Counted from the stretch's first letter, positions 27,657-36,766 are shown. The stretch: DNA of 41,845 nucleotides from a virus (IMGVR_UViG_3300039314_000292), one strand, 5' to 3'. The notes: generated by a model from the sequence alone, not told the origin. Translations and numbers: made by a program.

Positions 27657-29126
27657 TCATTCAAATGGGTCATAGTCTGTTATAGCCCTGCCCTGCTGCT
27701 GCCGTGGGTCATTAGTTTTCTTGGCTACCGGGAACGCAAACGTCAGCAGTAGCGCATCGCCTTTACCAGGAGAACGCCCAAGCCGCTCCTTGATATCTTC
27801 CTTCGGTTCGATAACGATTTTACCGTCCACTCGAACTTTGTACTCTGCCGCCGACAGGTCGTCCGCTGTTTCCTGGTCATCAAGCATGCCGCCAAGCCTC
27901 AGCCATGTCTTGCATGAGTTGAACATCTCCCCACGCTTGTTGAGCATCTGCGGGTCAGTAGACGCACCACCAAACGGAACAAGTTGCCATGTACGACCCC
28001 AGCCGTCACCGATTGACTTCAGACCAGTTCCGTAACCGAAGTCGATGAACACTGCGTCAGCCTGGTACTGGTCTTCAAAGTCAGCGATACGCTTCGCCAT
28101 TATCAGATCGTCAGTGGTCTTGTTGCCAGTCCACAGCACCTTACTGTGTAGCCCCTGCCGCAGGTATATCACAGCGTCATCAACGCCGGAGTATGCCGGG
28201 TCAACGCCGATTATCACCGGAGCATGTGCAACCTGCGCAGCGGTTACCACCCGTTTCATTGCCTCGTCAGTAAGACCGGTAGGGATAAACTGCAATTCAG
28301 ATGCATCAGGGAATATGCCACGCACACGGATTTTAACGAAGTCGCTGTCTTCCCCGTAGTCATCAACCCATTTCTGCAACTGCTGTTTGTTGGTACCTTC
28401 CACCGTCCGACTGTCAATCTGCGCAGTTTTCCAGCGGTGTTTATACTTGCGGAAACATTCACGGAAACGTCCGGTATTACGCGTCGGGTTTCCGAACGCC
28501 ACCCAGATAATCTCAGTGTCTTCGTCCGTAAGCGCACCCTCAGCAACTTCCCACACCAGATCCGCAATGTTCGACGCTTCATCGAATACCACGATGATGC
28601 GTTTGCGCTCGTTGTGTAGTCCGGCGAATGCCTCAGTGTTGTGCTCAGACCAGGGGATTGCGTCAGCTCGCCACCGCTTGTCGTGCCCAGGATCATTGCT
28701 GTACATCGCAGTAGCGGTACAGGTAAACCAGTCTTTCGTGATAGCAAGGTTCGACCACTTGATAATTTCCGGCCAGGTCTTCGTTCGTAGCTGGTTGTCG
28801 GTGTTGGCGGTCACCACGACCTTACAATCCTCGCAAGTGGACATGCCCCAGTTGATCAGCATTGAGATGAATGCGGATTTACCAATACCGTGACCAGAAG
28901 CGCGTGCCAGCATAAGCGGCTGATAGCGCGTCTCTGGATTCTGCAGGTGATCACGTATCTCTCGGAACGCATCGGCCTGCCACTGACGTGGACCGGTGGC
29001 ATGTGCCAGTTCAGTACCCTCTTCCCCCCACGGGAACGCATAGAGGGCATAGCCAAGCGGATCGTGAGTGAACCCTGCAATATCCTCGATCAACTGCTCT
29101 TCAGGAGATAACGCTGTATCTGTCAC
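27657..29126 (-). CDS. terminase large subunit (489 aa)
   Basis: GTG start; Walker A ARASGHGIGKS, Walker B IIVVFDEAS, C-terminal nuclease-like region; coupled to small subunit. Confidence 0.9.
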   Translation of the reverse strand: MTDTALSPEEQLIEDIAGFTHDPLGYALYAFPWGEEGTELAHATGPRQWQADAFREIRDHLQNPETRYQPLMLARASGHGIGKSAFISMLINWGMSTCEDCKVVVTANTDNQLRTKTWPEIIKWSNLAITKDWFTCTATAMYSNDPGHDKRWRADAIPWSEHNTEAFAGLHNERKRIIVVFDEASNIADLVWEVAEGALTDEDTEIIWVAFGNPTRNTGRFRECFRKYKHRWKTAQIDSRTVEGTNKQQLQKWVDDYGEDSDFVKIRVRGIFPDASELQFIPTGLTDEAMKRVVTAAQVAHAPVIIGVDPAYSGVDDAVIYLRQGLHSKVLWTGNKTTDDLIMAKRIADFEDQYQADAVFIDFGYGTGLKSIGDGWGRTWQLVPFGGASTDPQMLNKRGEMFNSCKTWLRLGGMLDDQETADDLSAAEYKVRVDGKIVIEPKEDIKERLGRSPGKGDALLLTFAFPVAKKTNDPRQQQGRAITDYDPFE

Positions 29127-29719
29127 TGATTACCATCCTGACGTTCTTTGAGTCGCTTCCTGGCTGCTGCTATGCGATCAGCAATTGTCACATTCACATT
29201 AACATCCAGACGTTCTTTGAACGCGTTGACATCAACATGCTTACCAATCAGCTCAAGGTTCTTCACCTTGTCAGGCCATTTAATTTTTTTGAGGATTGTC
29301 TCTATCGAATCCTCGTTCATGTTCATGATGGTCGATGACAGATCAAAGCCACTAAGCGTAGTGCGCCAGATTTTCGGCCACTCACGGATTGGTTTAAGGC
29401 TCCCATCGTCGTTGAGGATGTCGATCACGTCCATCTGGTCGATCTCCACCAGGCGCATGAGAACGTAATCAGCACTGACGCGCATTCGTTTGTTGCGCTC
29501 CTCCATCAACTCGGCAATCCGTTTTTGAATGCGTTCATCGCGCATCATGACACTAGCTTTAACTGCCGCTGTATTTGGGGAGAATCCTGCGTTAATCGCT
29601 GCCTGAGTCTGGTTTTCAGGCGTTTTGATGTATGACTGGCAATAAGCCTCCTGCATTGCTGTTAGTGGCTTAAATTGCGTTGATTTGCGTTTATAGGTTT
29701 TAGGTTCAGCAGGCATCAT
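29123..29719 (-). CDS. terminase small subunit (about 198 aa)
   Basis: Start moved to tandem ATGs near 29714..29719 (GGTGG RBS) because the track N-terminal extension overlaps an intrinsic terminator; basic helical protein directly upstream of TerL. Confidence 0.7.
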   Translation of the reverse strand: MMPAEPKTYKRKSTQFKPLTAMQEAYCQSYIKTPENQTQAAINAGFSPNTAAVKASVMMRDERIQKRIAELMEERNKRMRVSADYVLMRLVEIDQMDVIDILNDDGSLKPIREWPKIWRTTLSGFDLSSTIMNMNEDSIETILKKIKWPDKVKNLELIGKHVDVNAFKERLDVNVNVTIADRIAAARKRLKERQDGNQ

Positions 29720-29761
29720 AACCACCGTGGTAATAGTTACCGTTGTGGTAATAGTACCATG

Positions 29762-29788
29762 CAAAATAAAGCCGCCATAGTTGGCGGC
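29762..29788 (-). terminator. rho-independent terminator between early and late regions
   Basis: Minus strand GCCGCCA-ACTA-TGGCGGC followed by TTTATTTTG. Confidence 0.6.
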
Positions 29789-29837
29789 AGTATTCAAACC
29801 CCATCAAATTCATCATGCATAATCTACTCGTGACATG

Positions 29838-30179
29838 TCACACTATTAATTTCGTTTCATGCCAGCCTTTAGTCACCCAGCATTGCGAGTCACCATTACA
29901 CGGGCATGAATTAACTGGAACTCTCTCGCCGCACTTACCGCAACATTTTCTGCTGATCGATTTTATACGCCCGCGCACGCGTGCATCATCCTGGCGGATC
30001 AGTAACGCTATATACTCACCAAATTCGTAAGGCGCACGCCCGGGGCGACGCGTGGCACAGTTACGCTCCAGCATTTCAATTTCCTGAGCATCAAGCACAA
30101 TTTCCAGCTTACGCACACCAGATGCAGCTTGTCTGGCTCTCTGAGCGGCTTTGCGCTCTGCTGCTGATTTAGCCATCAA
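29838..30179 (-). CDS. hypothetical protein with Cys-rich C-terminus (113 aa)
   Basis: Last gene of early (nin-like) block; CxxC...CxC cluster suggests zinc ribbon. Confidence 0.5.
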   Translation of the reverse strand: MMAKSAAERKAAQRARQAASGVRKLEIVLDAQEIEMLERNCATRRPGRAPYEFGEYIALLIRQDDARVRGRIKSISRKCCGKCGERVPVNSCPCNGDSQCWVTKGWHETKLIV

Positions 30180-30450
30180 TATTCACCTTTATCGCGTACA
30201 CCTTTACCGGTTTATCGCCGAAGTGGGGATGTGTGATTGTCTTTATTTCATATCCGTCATACGGAACATCAATTCTACGGCTGGAATCGTCGCGCTTCGG
30301 ATATCCCTTTGTGATAATCAGGCGGTCATACTCCCGGAACATAATTCGCTTATTCCAGTAGTCATTACACAGGCGATACTCTTCCGTTTTCTCTCCGCGA
30401 ATCATGGCATCGAAGTATTCACCTTTAACGGCAAGTTGCAGGTTAGCCAC
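30169..30450 (-). CDS. hypothetical phage protein (93 aa)
   Basis: Overlapping-coupled ORF in nin-like block. Confidence 0.5.
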   Translation of the reverse strand: MANLQLAVKGEYFDAMIRGEKTEEYRLCNDYWNKRIMFREYDRLIITKGYPKRDDSSRRIDVPYDGYEIKTITHPHFGDKPVKVYAIKVNIDG

Positions 30451-31003
30451 GGTTAACCTCCTGCGGCGGTTCCGGTAGCGGCATCCAGTGAGTTACACCG
30501 CCAATTGGCTCATCGTCGTCGTACTCCAATGCGGCTATATAGAACCCGTCACGACGAGAATAAGAAATCCCGGACATTACAATGCCATCCGAAACAACAA
30601 TAATGTCACCCGTTTCTTTCGGCATTCGCTCACTACAGCTTATCCAACCATCCGGAGTTACCGGATAGTTGCCATTCACAAGGTCAGCTCGAACATATAG
30701 CGTGTCATCATGGTGCTGATTGTGGCTGCACCACGTTAATTCGCTTAACTCGCCATCTTCTGGCCATACTCCAGCCGTTTGCAGCCAGATATGGGCTGGC
30801 GCATCTTGGCAAGGTGTATTAACTGGCAACTTGTAAGTTTGGCTTACAGGTTCTGCACTATCAGCTTCGCGCCGATTCTGTAGCTCTGCTGCCATCGCTC
30901 TCACGACTTCAACTGGTGCCCTTGCGGCAAACTCTATGTTGGTGATCAGCTCATTAAGATATTGCTCGCCTGGATACTGTTTCTTATCGGTTATAGTAGT
31001 CAT
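30443..31003 (-). CDS. DUF551-like phage protein (about 186 aa)
   Basis: C-terminal WMPLPEPP motif recalled as hallmark of DUF551; start at internal Met MTTITDKK. Confidence 0.55.
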   Translation of the reverse strand: MTTITDKKQYPGEQYLNELITNIEFAARAPVEVVRAMAAELQNRREADSAEPVSQTYKLPVNTPCQDAPAHIWLQTAGVWPEDGELSELTWCSHNQHHDDTLYVRADLVNGNYPVTPDGWISCSERMPKETGDIIVVSDGIVMSGISYSRRDGFYIAALEYDDDEPIGGVTHWMPLPEPPQEVNRG

Positions 31004-31004
31004 A

Positions 31005-31400
31005 TCACTCTCCTTTTCCCTGAAGCATAGCGGCACGGCAGGCGTTCCAGCCTCTCACCTCTGCAATAGCGGCAACAGCATCAACCGCGTACATGCTAAG
31101 AGGATTAGGCATTGGTTTTTCTTCCGGTACTACTGGCGCTGGAGGGGCGGCGTAAATGCCCTCTATCACTAAATGTTTGCGCTCAAAATCATCTGGCTCT
31201 CGATGATATACGTAACTCCAATCACCAAGGTTATCATTGCGCCTGCAACGGAAACCTATCGGCTCGACTTCCAGCGATGCCAGAGCAATTCGTGCCAGTT
31301 CTTCCGCTTCTTCTGCTGGCAGTACAACGTTGCTACCAGGTCCGTATGTTTCGCGCCACTGCTTGATTGTCAGCAGTCGCTCTTTGGTAATAGTGGTCAT
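31005..31400 (-). CDS. hypothetical phage protein (131 aa)
   Basis: Coupled ORF in early operon. Confidence 0.5.
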   Translation of the reverse strand: MTTITKERLLTIKQWRETYGPGSNVVLPAEEAEELARIALASLEVEPIGFRCRRNDNLGDWSYVYHREPDDFERKHLVIEGIYAAPPAPVVPEEKPMPNPLSMYAVDAVAAIAEVRGWNACRAAMLQGKGE

Positions 31401-31402
31401 AG

Positions 31403-31591
31403 CTATTTCACCTTAATCTCAACATTTCGCAGCTTTAGCTCTACTGGCAGGTCTGACTTTCCGGTTAATGCTAATGCGAGATTTTCTGGAGTAATGAGAG
31501 CAGTTATTGTTCTACCCATCGCAAGGCGGATAATCAGCCTTATCTCTTCGTCACAAGCGCCAGGGCGAATAATTGATATTTGTCCGTTCAT
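31403..31591 (-). CDS. hypothetical small protein (about 62 aa)
   Basis: Internal Met start avoids overlap with upstream gene; weak evidence. Confidence 0.35.
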   Translation of the reverse strand: MNGQISIIRPGACDEEIRLIIRLAMGRTITALITPENLALALTGKSDLPVELKLRNVEIKVK

Positions 31592-31592
31592 C

Positions 31593-31985
31593 TCACTCTC
31601 CTTTGATGCGAATGCCAGCGGCGAGGATTGCATCGATGACTTCAGAAACTTTGTATGCCATTACCGTTTGGTAATCCTCGTGAAAATCTGTTCGATGAAG
31701 CATGCTGCTACGTTCTGGGAGCGATATTTCCCGCGCTTCCAGTTCTGCAATGCGCTTCTCTGCGACTTCCAGCGCATTTACCAGATCATCAACGGTTCCA
31801 GCCGCTTGGCGTGCGTAATCTGTAATTGCCAGCTCGCATTCAATTTCAGTTCCGTTTTCGTTGGTGTGGCAAATAGCAAAGTAATCGGAGTCGATTTCGT
31901 TATCAGCCAAACTCCTCAGCGTGTCGGCAACCAGCACTCCGTTTTCAATCAGCATCTCTGTTGCGCGTTTGTCGATGTTGCTCAT
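31593..31985 (-). CDS. Ead/Ea22-like hypothetical protein (130 aa)
   Basis: Acidic helical protein in early operon; family assignment by memory only. Confidence 0.45.
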   Translation of the reverse strand: MSNIDKRATEMLIENGVLVADTLRSLADNEIDSDYFAICHTNENGTEIECELAITDYARQAAGTVDDLVNALEVAEKRIAELEAREISLPERSSMLHRTDFHEDYQTVMAYKVSEVIDAILAAGIRIKGE

Positions 31986-32731
31986 TGCGCGGCCTCCTGG
32001 CGGTCTATGCGTTCAATTTCGGCCAGAATAAGTGCGCCAGCTTTCACAAGGTCACGACGCGGCCCAGATTGCTTCCACCAATCAGGAGCCCACGGCCAAT
32101 GCGCTGGCGTTGAGAAGCCTTGATTGTGTGCGCTAATCGCATAGCAAGCTGCAGCATCTGCCAGCTCACCGTTTTGATAGGCGTCGTCATGCTCCGATGT
32201 CCAACCCTCAACAGCCCTCTGCCGCTGACGTTCTGATATCACATCCAGAAGTGCAGGATTGAACGCCAGCATCTCCAGTTCAGCAATCCGCTTCTCTGCG
32301 GCTTCCAGCTTCTCGCGCATATCGTCAACGTACTCGACCAGAGATCCGCCAGCAGGAATTTCGCATTCCTCGACCAGTTGGAAGTAGATATCAGCTGCGG
32401 CCCGTGTGTTGCTATGCCTAGCGTCGCCCATCTCACCTTCACGAAGAGCATCGCGTTCGGCGGTAAGATTGGCTATTTTGCTGTCTTTGCCTTCCAGCTC
32501 AACGCGCAGCCTCCCAACCGTAAGCGCAATATCCTCGTTCTCCTGGTCGCGGCGTTTGATGTATTGCTGGTTTCTTTCCCGTTCTTCCAGAAGCGCCAGC
32601 ACAATATGTGGCGTTATCAAGGACTTAAATTCGGCAACAGCTTGCTCGCCTCGCTTGTAATTCTTAATCCCACCTAAATTTTTCGCGTTCTGTGCCGCCT
32701 CACGCAGTGCCTGGTAATTAATTTCGCTCAC
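31982..32731 (-). CDS. Ead/Ea22-like coiled-coil protein (249 aa)
   Basis: N-terminus MSEINYQALREAAQ and coiled-coil repeats recalled from lambdoid Ea22-like proteins. Confidence 0.5.
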   Translation of the reverse strand: MSEINYQALREAAQNAKNLGGIKNYKRGEQAVAEFKSLITPHIVLALLEERERNQQYIKRRDQENEDIALTVGRLRVELEGKDSKIANLTAERDALREGEMGDARHSNTRAAADIYFQLVEECEIPAGGSLVEYVDDMREKLEAAEKRIAELEMLAFNPALLDVISERQRQRAVEGWTSEHDDAYQNGELADAAACYAISAHNQGFSTPAHWPWAPDWWKQSGPRRDLVKAGALILAEIERIDRQEAAQ

Positions 32732-33330
32732 TGGTTGCCTCCTTTGCGAAGCTGGGCAGCAAAGTCAACTAACCACTCAGTCATTTCAACCTTCCCTACC
32801 AGGTCTGAACCAGGGTGCATACAGCAATCACTCTGCGCCGCTTTGAAATCCTTATACTCATATTCTTGGACCACCAGATTTTTTGCAGCTTCTATAGCAG
32901 CATCCACCCCCTGCGCCCGGACTTCAGCCAGGAAAGCATCGGTGGCTGGCATATTTCCTGTTGCCTTCATGGCCTCCAAAATAACCAGAACGCCATCTCG
33001 CCCAACCACCTCAGCGATAACCTCGGTGTTGTCGCCAACAACATCGCAGAATGCCTGAACTGCCTTACGAGCCAGCTCATTCTCCGCCGCCAGCACCGAA
33101 AACTTCTCGTGCGCCAACTTAACAGCCGAATCAGCCTGCTTAATTGACTCAGTCGCTCTCTGGTGGTCTTCGGCCAGCGCATTAGCACGCACCAGTTGCA
33201 CTTCCAGTTGCGTTGCCAAATCGCTGATCAGCTTTGCCACACTGCGCATATCAACGGCACCACATTCTGCTTTCATTTCCGAAGCCATCTCATGCCCGGC
33301 GGCAACTAACACTTTGATATTACTTTCCAT
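32728..33330 (-). CDS. hypothetical phage protein (200 aa)
   Basis: Coupled ORF (4-nt overlap) in early operon. Confidence 0.5.
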   Translation of the reverse strand: MESNIKVLVAAGHEMASEMKAECGAVDMRSVAKLISDLATQLEVQLVRANALAEDHQRATESIKQADSAVKLAHEKFSVLAAENELARKAVQAFCDVVGDNTEVIAEVVGRDGVLVILEAMKATGNMPATDAFLAEVRAQGVDAAIEAAKNLVVQEYEYKDFKAAQSDCCMHPGSDLVGKVEMTEWLVDFAAQLRKGGNQ

Positions 33331-33391
33331 CTTTACCCTCGCTTATCCACATAACTTATTGATTACATTGATAACTAAAAAGATCGTCGAT

Positions 33392-33739
33392 TCAGAACTC
33401 TTCGATGTTCCAGCCGCCACCTACTTTCTTTGGTTTAACCGTTACCCCGATGATTCGGAACGGATACTGATCTGCGGCTACTTTGGTTTTCACCCTGGCG
33501 TCGTCGGTCCAGAATCCCCCTTTCACTTCGTGCAGTTCCATCTCTCCGGTGGCGAGCATCACAGCGAAATCGGGCGTATAGAACGTGTTGTCAGCTAACC
33601 GCAGCTTAATACCCTCGAATCGATACCAGGCGATTTCCCCTGCACGTTTACGCTGCTCAAGGTGCTGGCAATACGCAGATTCTGTTTTGTTCATCTGGCC
33701 TGTTTTGAGTCGACCAAGAGCCTGTATCTGTTTTCTCAT
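33392..33739 (-). CDS. DUF1064-like PD-(D/E)XK nuclease, possible junction resolvase (115 aa)
   Basis: Motifs TPDF ... ELHEVKG consistent with PD-(D/E)XK; position after replication genes. Confidence 0.55.
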   Translation of the reverse strand: MRKQIQALGRLKTGQMNKTESAYCQHLEQRKRAGEIAWYRFEGIKLRLADNTFYTPDFAVMLATGEMELHEVKGGFWTDDARVKTKVAADQYPFRIIGVTVKPKKVGGGWNIEEF

Positions 33740-33742
33740 GAT

Positions 33743-33819
33743 TTACCTCTAAGGTAATTAAAAACCACATAAGACACGAAATCAATAGAGCTTAGAATAT
33801 TTTGTTACCTTATAGGTAA
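33743..33819. promoter_or_regulatory. two perfect operator-like sites TTACC-N5-GGTAA (33743..33757 and 33805..33819)
   Basis: ATTTACCTCTAAGGTAATT and GTTACCTTATAGGTAATT between the P-like gene terminator and the next gene start. Confidence 0.6.
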
Positions 33820-33828
33820 TTATTGAGG

Positions 33829-33851
33829 CGTAAAAAAATGCGCTATCGCGC
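33829..33851 (-). terminator. rho-independent terminator after the P-like gene
   Basis: Minus strand GCGC-GATA-GCGC followed by ATTTTTTTAC. Confidence 0.55.
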
Positions 33852-33856
33852 TGGTA

Positions 33857-34633
33857 TTACTTGATAAATCCTGCCGCCTTTCCCCGCCTGTATTCCTCCA
33901 TCAGCCACTGCGCCGGTGTTATTCCCCCAAGGGTGGCGGCGTTAGGCATGCACCCGAAACTTCGCCCTGGTGGATGGTAAACGTCTCTCCCTGTGTCCGG
34001 AGGTGTACTCATGGGCTCTGGCTTTGCCTGTATGCTGATCACCGGATCGGGTATCTGCTGTCCGGAAGCCACCTTTTTCGCCCAATCATCGAGCAGCCTG
34101 CGCGCGTGTTTCTCAACCTCAATCTCGCTAAGCTGGCGCTGATACATTGCACGGCGGGTATCACATACGACCCAGTACATAACCGGATGCCGCCACGGGA
34201 ATCTTTCGGGACCACCAGGATATAAACTTTTTTCCTTGCTGTACCGGTGAAACTCCGCCATCACATCGTCAATGGTGACGCCAAGAACCATCTTGCTGTC
34301 TTTGCACCACTTGATGAATTGCCCTGGCGACGGCCAGAACGGAGATTCACTGGCGCGGGCGTGGCGCATACCAGCGTTAACCTGTTCCATTGTAGTGATC
34401 CCATTCTCCAGAAACGCAAGCATCCATTGCTTACGGAATTCATTAAGTTTGTTCTGCTCCCTTATGGTCGAAACGCTTGCAGGAAATGCAGCCTGTAACT
34501 GGACAAATAGTTCATTGAAAATTCTAGCAACCTGCTCCTTTTTGCCATTACTGTCACGCCGCTCTTCATGCACAGCAACACCATGCTCACGTAAGCGATC
34601 GTACTCATTGAGAAGTTCTGGAGTTGATTTCAT
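33857..34633 (-). CDS. lambda P-like replication protein (helicase loader) (258 aa)
   Basis: Segment FPASVSTIREQNKLNEFRKQWMLAFLENGITTMEQVNAGMRHAR...PSPGQF closely matches remembered lambda P sequence. Confidence 0.85.
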   Translation of the reverse strand: MKSTPELLNEYDRLREHGVAVHEERRDSNGKKEQVARIFNELFVQLQAAFPASVSTIREQNKLNEFRKQWMLAFLENGITTMEQVNAGMRHARASESPFWPSPGQFIKWCKDSKMVLGVTIDDVMAEFHRYSKEKSLYPGGPERFPWRHPVMYWVVCDTRRAMYQRQLSEIEVEKHARRLLDDWAKKVASGQQIPDPVISIQAKPEPMSTPPDTGRDVYHPPGRSFGCMPNAATLGGITPAQWLMEEYRRGKAAGFIK

Positions 34634-35435
34634 CCCACACCCCTTCTATCCAGTCAGTGTTATTCCAGTCAAGCTCATCGCTTTTCCCGGCATTTTTTGA
34701 TTTTCCCCTGATATGATTTACGTGCCTGGCGAATTTTTGTTCCCACTGAACCTGCGTGAACACTTTGCCCTCAGCCATCCAGTAATCCCGGAATGCAGCA
34801 AGTTCAGCAGGTGTAAATTCCGGTTCCGGCAGGGCCGTTCCCCACAGCGCAGCACGCCGCCGAAAATCTGGCGACGGTAGCCAGCCATCTGTCATCGGAA
34901 ATTTCCCGATGGGTTCACTCAGGCCATCCAGAAATTCAGGTTCTGCCACCTGCAACGGCGTACTGTTCGCTTCACTGGTCGGAGCACCCTCGCGCACGTG
35001 CGCTATGTGTGGGGTTTTATATATATCTTCCTCTTCCTCTTCCTCTGGTAACTCCTTTTGTAACGCTGTTGGCGTTACTTTTTGCGTTACTCGTTTTCGA
35101 TGCTCTGCCACTCTTCTATTCGTAAGTGCACGTTTTTTCGATGATTCTCCATTGTGTCGCTCAAAGTTTGGAAGAATTAGTTTGCCGTCATGATAAGCAA
35201 GCCATCCGACGCTAATGAGGGCGTCAGCAAATCCTGTAATAAAAGCGAGTCTATCAAGTACTCCTTTTGTAACGCTGCCAGCGTTACCGTCTATTGTTTG
35301 CTGGTCAGCCCATGCCCATATACGAACCAGCTTTCCAAGAACAGCATCTGGATCAATACCCAGAATTTCTGCTATCTGAAAAATTTCAGGTTTATCAGGA
35401 GTGATAACTTCAACCTTAATCCAGCTGCTTGCCAT
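34605..35435 (-). CDS. lambda O-like replication initiator (about 276 aa) containing iteron-like repeats
   Basis: ATG at 35433..35435 with GAGGGG RBS; poly-Glu linker; internal 19-bp palindromes; directly upstream of the P-like gene. Confidence 0.7.
   Translation of the reverse strand: MASSWIKVEVITPDKPEIFQIAEILGIDPDAVLGKLVRIWAWADQQTIDGNAGSVTKGVLDRLAFITGFADALISVGWLAYHDGKLILPNFERHNGESSKKRALTNRRVAEHRKRVTQKVTPTALQKELPEEEEEEDIYKTPHIAHVREGAPTSEANSTPLQVAEPEFLDGLSEPIGKFPMTDGWLPSPDFRRRAALWGTALPEPEFTPAELAAFRDYWMAEGKVFTQVQWEQKFARHVNHIRGKSKNAGKSDELDWNNTDWIEGVWDEINSRTSQ
35060..35287. repeat. two iteron-like direct repeats each containing palindrome GTAACGC-N5-GCGTTAC (35060..35078 and 35269..35287); candidate ori
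   Basis: Shared 18-nt ACTCCTTTTGTAACGCTG followed by inverted half-site; adjacent TATATATA/(CTT)n tract at about 35018..35044. Confidence 0.45.
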
Positions 35436-35628
35436 AGGTTTCCCCTCTTGCACTCTTTAGTGCACAAGCAAATTCATTACGATGGCGGTTGGCGCTATTC
35501 ATTGCACATTCAACACATGTTCCGTTCAGAACATACCTTTCAGAGAGATGGCCGTGACGGCACCGCTTTCCTGTGAAATAGCGATTTAACCCGGCTTTTG
35601 CGGCCTCCATTCTGGTTACTATCTTCAA
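35416..35628 (-). CDS. small basic protein with putative zinc-binding C-x-H...C-x-x-C motif (70 aa)
   Basis: Between Cro-like and O-like genes (CII-like position); no family recognised. Confidence 0.4.
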   Translation of the reverse strand: MKIVTRMEAAKAGLNRYFTGKRCRHGHLSERYVLNGTCVECAMNSANRHRNEFACALKSARGETYGKQLD

Positions 35629-35706
35629 TTTTTCCGCCCCTTTTTGTTATTGATATTGGCTATTTTGCACAATTGGAAAATTTGATCAACCAGATTTGGT
35701 TTTTTA

Positions 35707-35721
35707 TTACCTTTAAGGTGC
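35707..35721. promoter_or_regulatory. operator-like site TTACC-N5-GGTGC (imperfect)
   Basis: Downstream of terminator following the Cro-like gene. Confidence 0.35.
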
Positions 35722-35726
35722 GAATA

Positions 35727-35755
35727 GATATGAAAAGACCGCCGGATGGCGGTCT
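35727..35755 (-). terminator. rho-independent terminator after Cro-like gene
   Basis: Minus strand AGACCGCC-ATCC-GGCGGTCT followed by TTTTCATAT. Confidence 0.55.
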
Positions 35756-35776
35756 ACAGAGGGTTGTGGCTGGATA

Positions 35777-36007
35777 TCATGAGTAGAAGAAGTATGCCAG
35801 TTCTGCTTTTGAGCGCAGCCATTGTCTTGTTTTACAGGCTTTAAAAAGCCCATTCATCAATACTTTACCTGGCATTTTGCGCTTACCTGTTAAGTGAGTC
35901 TGGATATAGTGACTCGTCGTTCCGGCTTCCTGTGCGAAGGCTTCACGCTCATCCGGAGTAAGTGCAAGCCAGTGCTTTTTGAAATCGAAATGTCCGTTAT
36001 CGCTCAT
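35777..36007 (-). CDS. Cro-like small DNA-binding regulator (76 aa)
   Basis: Divergent from repressor gene across a three-operator region; first gene of the minus-strand early operon. Confidence 0.6.
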   Translation of the reverse strand: MSDNGHFDFKKHWLALTPDEREAFAQEAGTTSHYIQTHLTGKRKMPGKVLMNGLFKACKTRQWLRSKAELAYFFYS

Positions 36008-36043
36008 AGCTATTGCCTGATATTTATTTCAGATAATAAATAT

Positions 36044-36106
36044 TCACCCATAAGGTAACAAAAATCAAGGATAGTTACCTATGAGGTGCATTTACCTGTT
36101 GGGTAA
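36044..36106. promoter_or_regulatory. OR-like operator cluster: three TTACC-N5-GGTAA-type sites (36044..36058, 36075..36089, 36092..36106)
   Basis: TCACCCATAAGGTAA, TTACCTATGAGGTGC, TTACCTGTTGGGTAA between divergent cro-like and cI-like genes. Confidence 0.65.
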
Positions 36107-36161
36107 TATTGCTTTAAATTGAATCATCTACTGATTCATATATGAGGCGATTTTCCAGAAA

Positions 36162-36746
36162 ATGAAAAGTATCCAGGACGTCCGCAGGCAAAATCTCAAC
36201 GACTTGATCGACCGTGAATTCAATGGTGTTCAGACGCGGATGGCAGAAAAACTTGGAACTCAGGCAAATCTGGTAAACCGCTGGGCTCTTGGCAAGAAGG
36301 TTATCGGCGATCAGGTTGCACGAAAAATTGAAGCTGCCGCCAATAAACCCCGTAACTGGCTTGATATTGATCGCTCGCTTTCTCAGGAGGGTTTTCAGCC
36401 TGTCGGCCCGAGTGATATAGGTCAGCTGGCGGCTCACAACCTGGAACGCTGGATGAGCGAAAGCCGCGACCTTTCAACGCAGGGAAAACTACACCGCGCA
36501 TCCGGCGTCGCCCAGGTGACAATCAGCCGCCTGTTAAACAATGAGGTCAGCGTTTCCATTTCCACCCTGGAGAATGTTGCATCCGCATTCGGGCGTCACG
36601 GCTATGAATTACTGATTCACCCGCACGACCCTGCAACCATCAACTATGATCGCTCGCGCTACGCATTGTTACCCGAAACCGAGAAAGCAAAGATCGAAAG
36701 TTACATTGAATTTGTCATCAACCAGAACGAAAAAAACAAACAATAA
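36162..36746 (+). CDS. CI-like repressor with two HTH (XRE-type) domains, no S24 autopeptidase domain (194 aa)
   Basis: HTH QTRMAEKLGTQANLVNRWALGKK and a second HTH-like segment; flanked by operator clusters; own terminator. Confidence 0.65.
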   Translation: MKSIQDVRRQNLNDLIDREFNGVQTRMAEKLGTQANLVNRWALGKKVIGDQVARKIEAAANKPRNWLDIDRSLSQEGFQPVGPSDIGQLAAHNLERWMSESRDLSTQGKLHRASGVAQVTISRLLNNEVSVSISTLENVASAFGRHGYELLIHPHDPATINYDRSRYALLPETEKAKIESYIEFVINQNEKNKQ

Positions 36747-36766
36747 AATCATATTTTTCAGTAAGT

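Noticed and set aside
29720-29797. N-terminal extension of the small terminase ORF (track start 29797)
   Set aside because: The extension is encoded by an intrinsic terminator hairpin and a direct repeat and gives low-complexity TITTTVTITTVV; internal ATGs with GGTGG RBS are a better start.
35018-35044. TTCCTCTTCCTCTTCCTC triplet repeat as CRISPR or other repeat array
   Set aside because: It is a short in-frame codon repeat encoding a poly-Glu linker in the O-like protein; no spacer-repeat periodicity and no cas genes.
36162-36746. LexA-like self-cleaving repressor
   Set aside because: No S24 peptidase signature (Ala-Gly cleavage site with Ser/Lys dyad) visible in the C-terminal half; the protein instead shows a second HTH-like segment.
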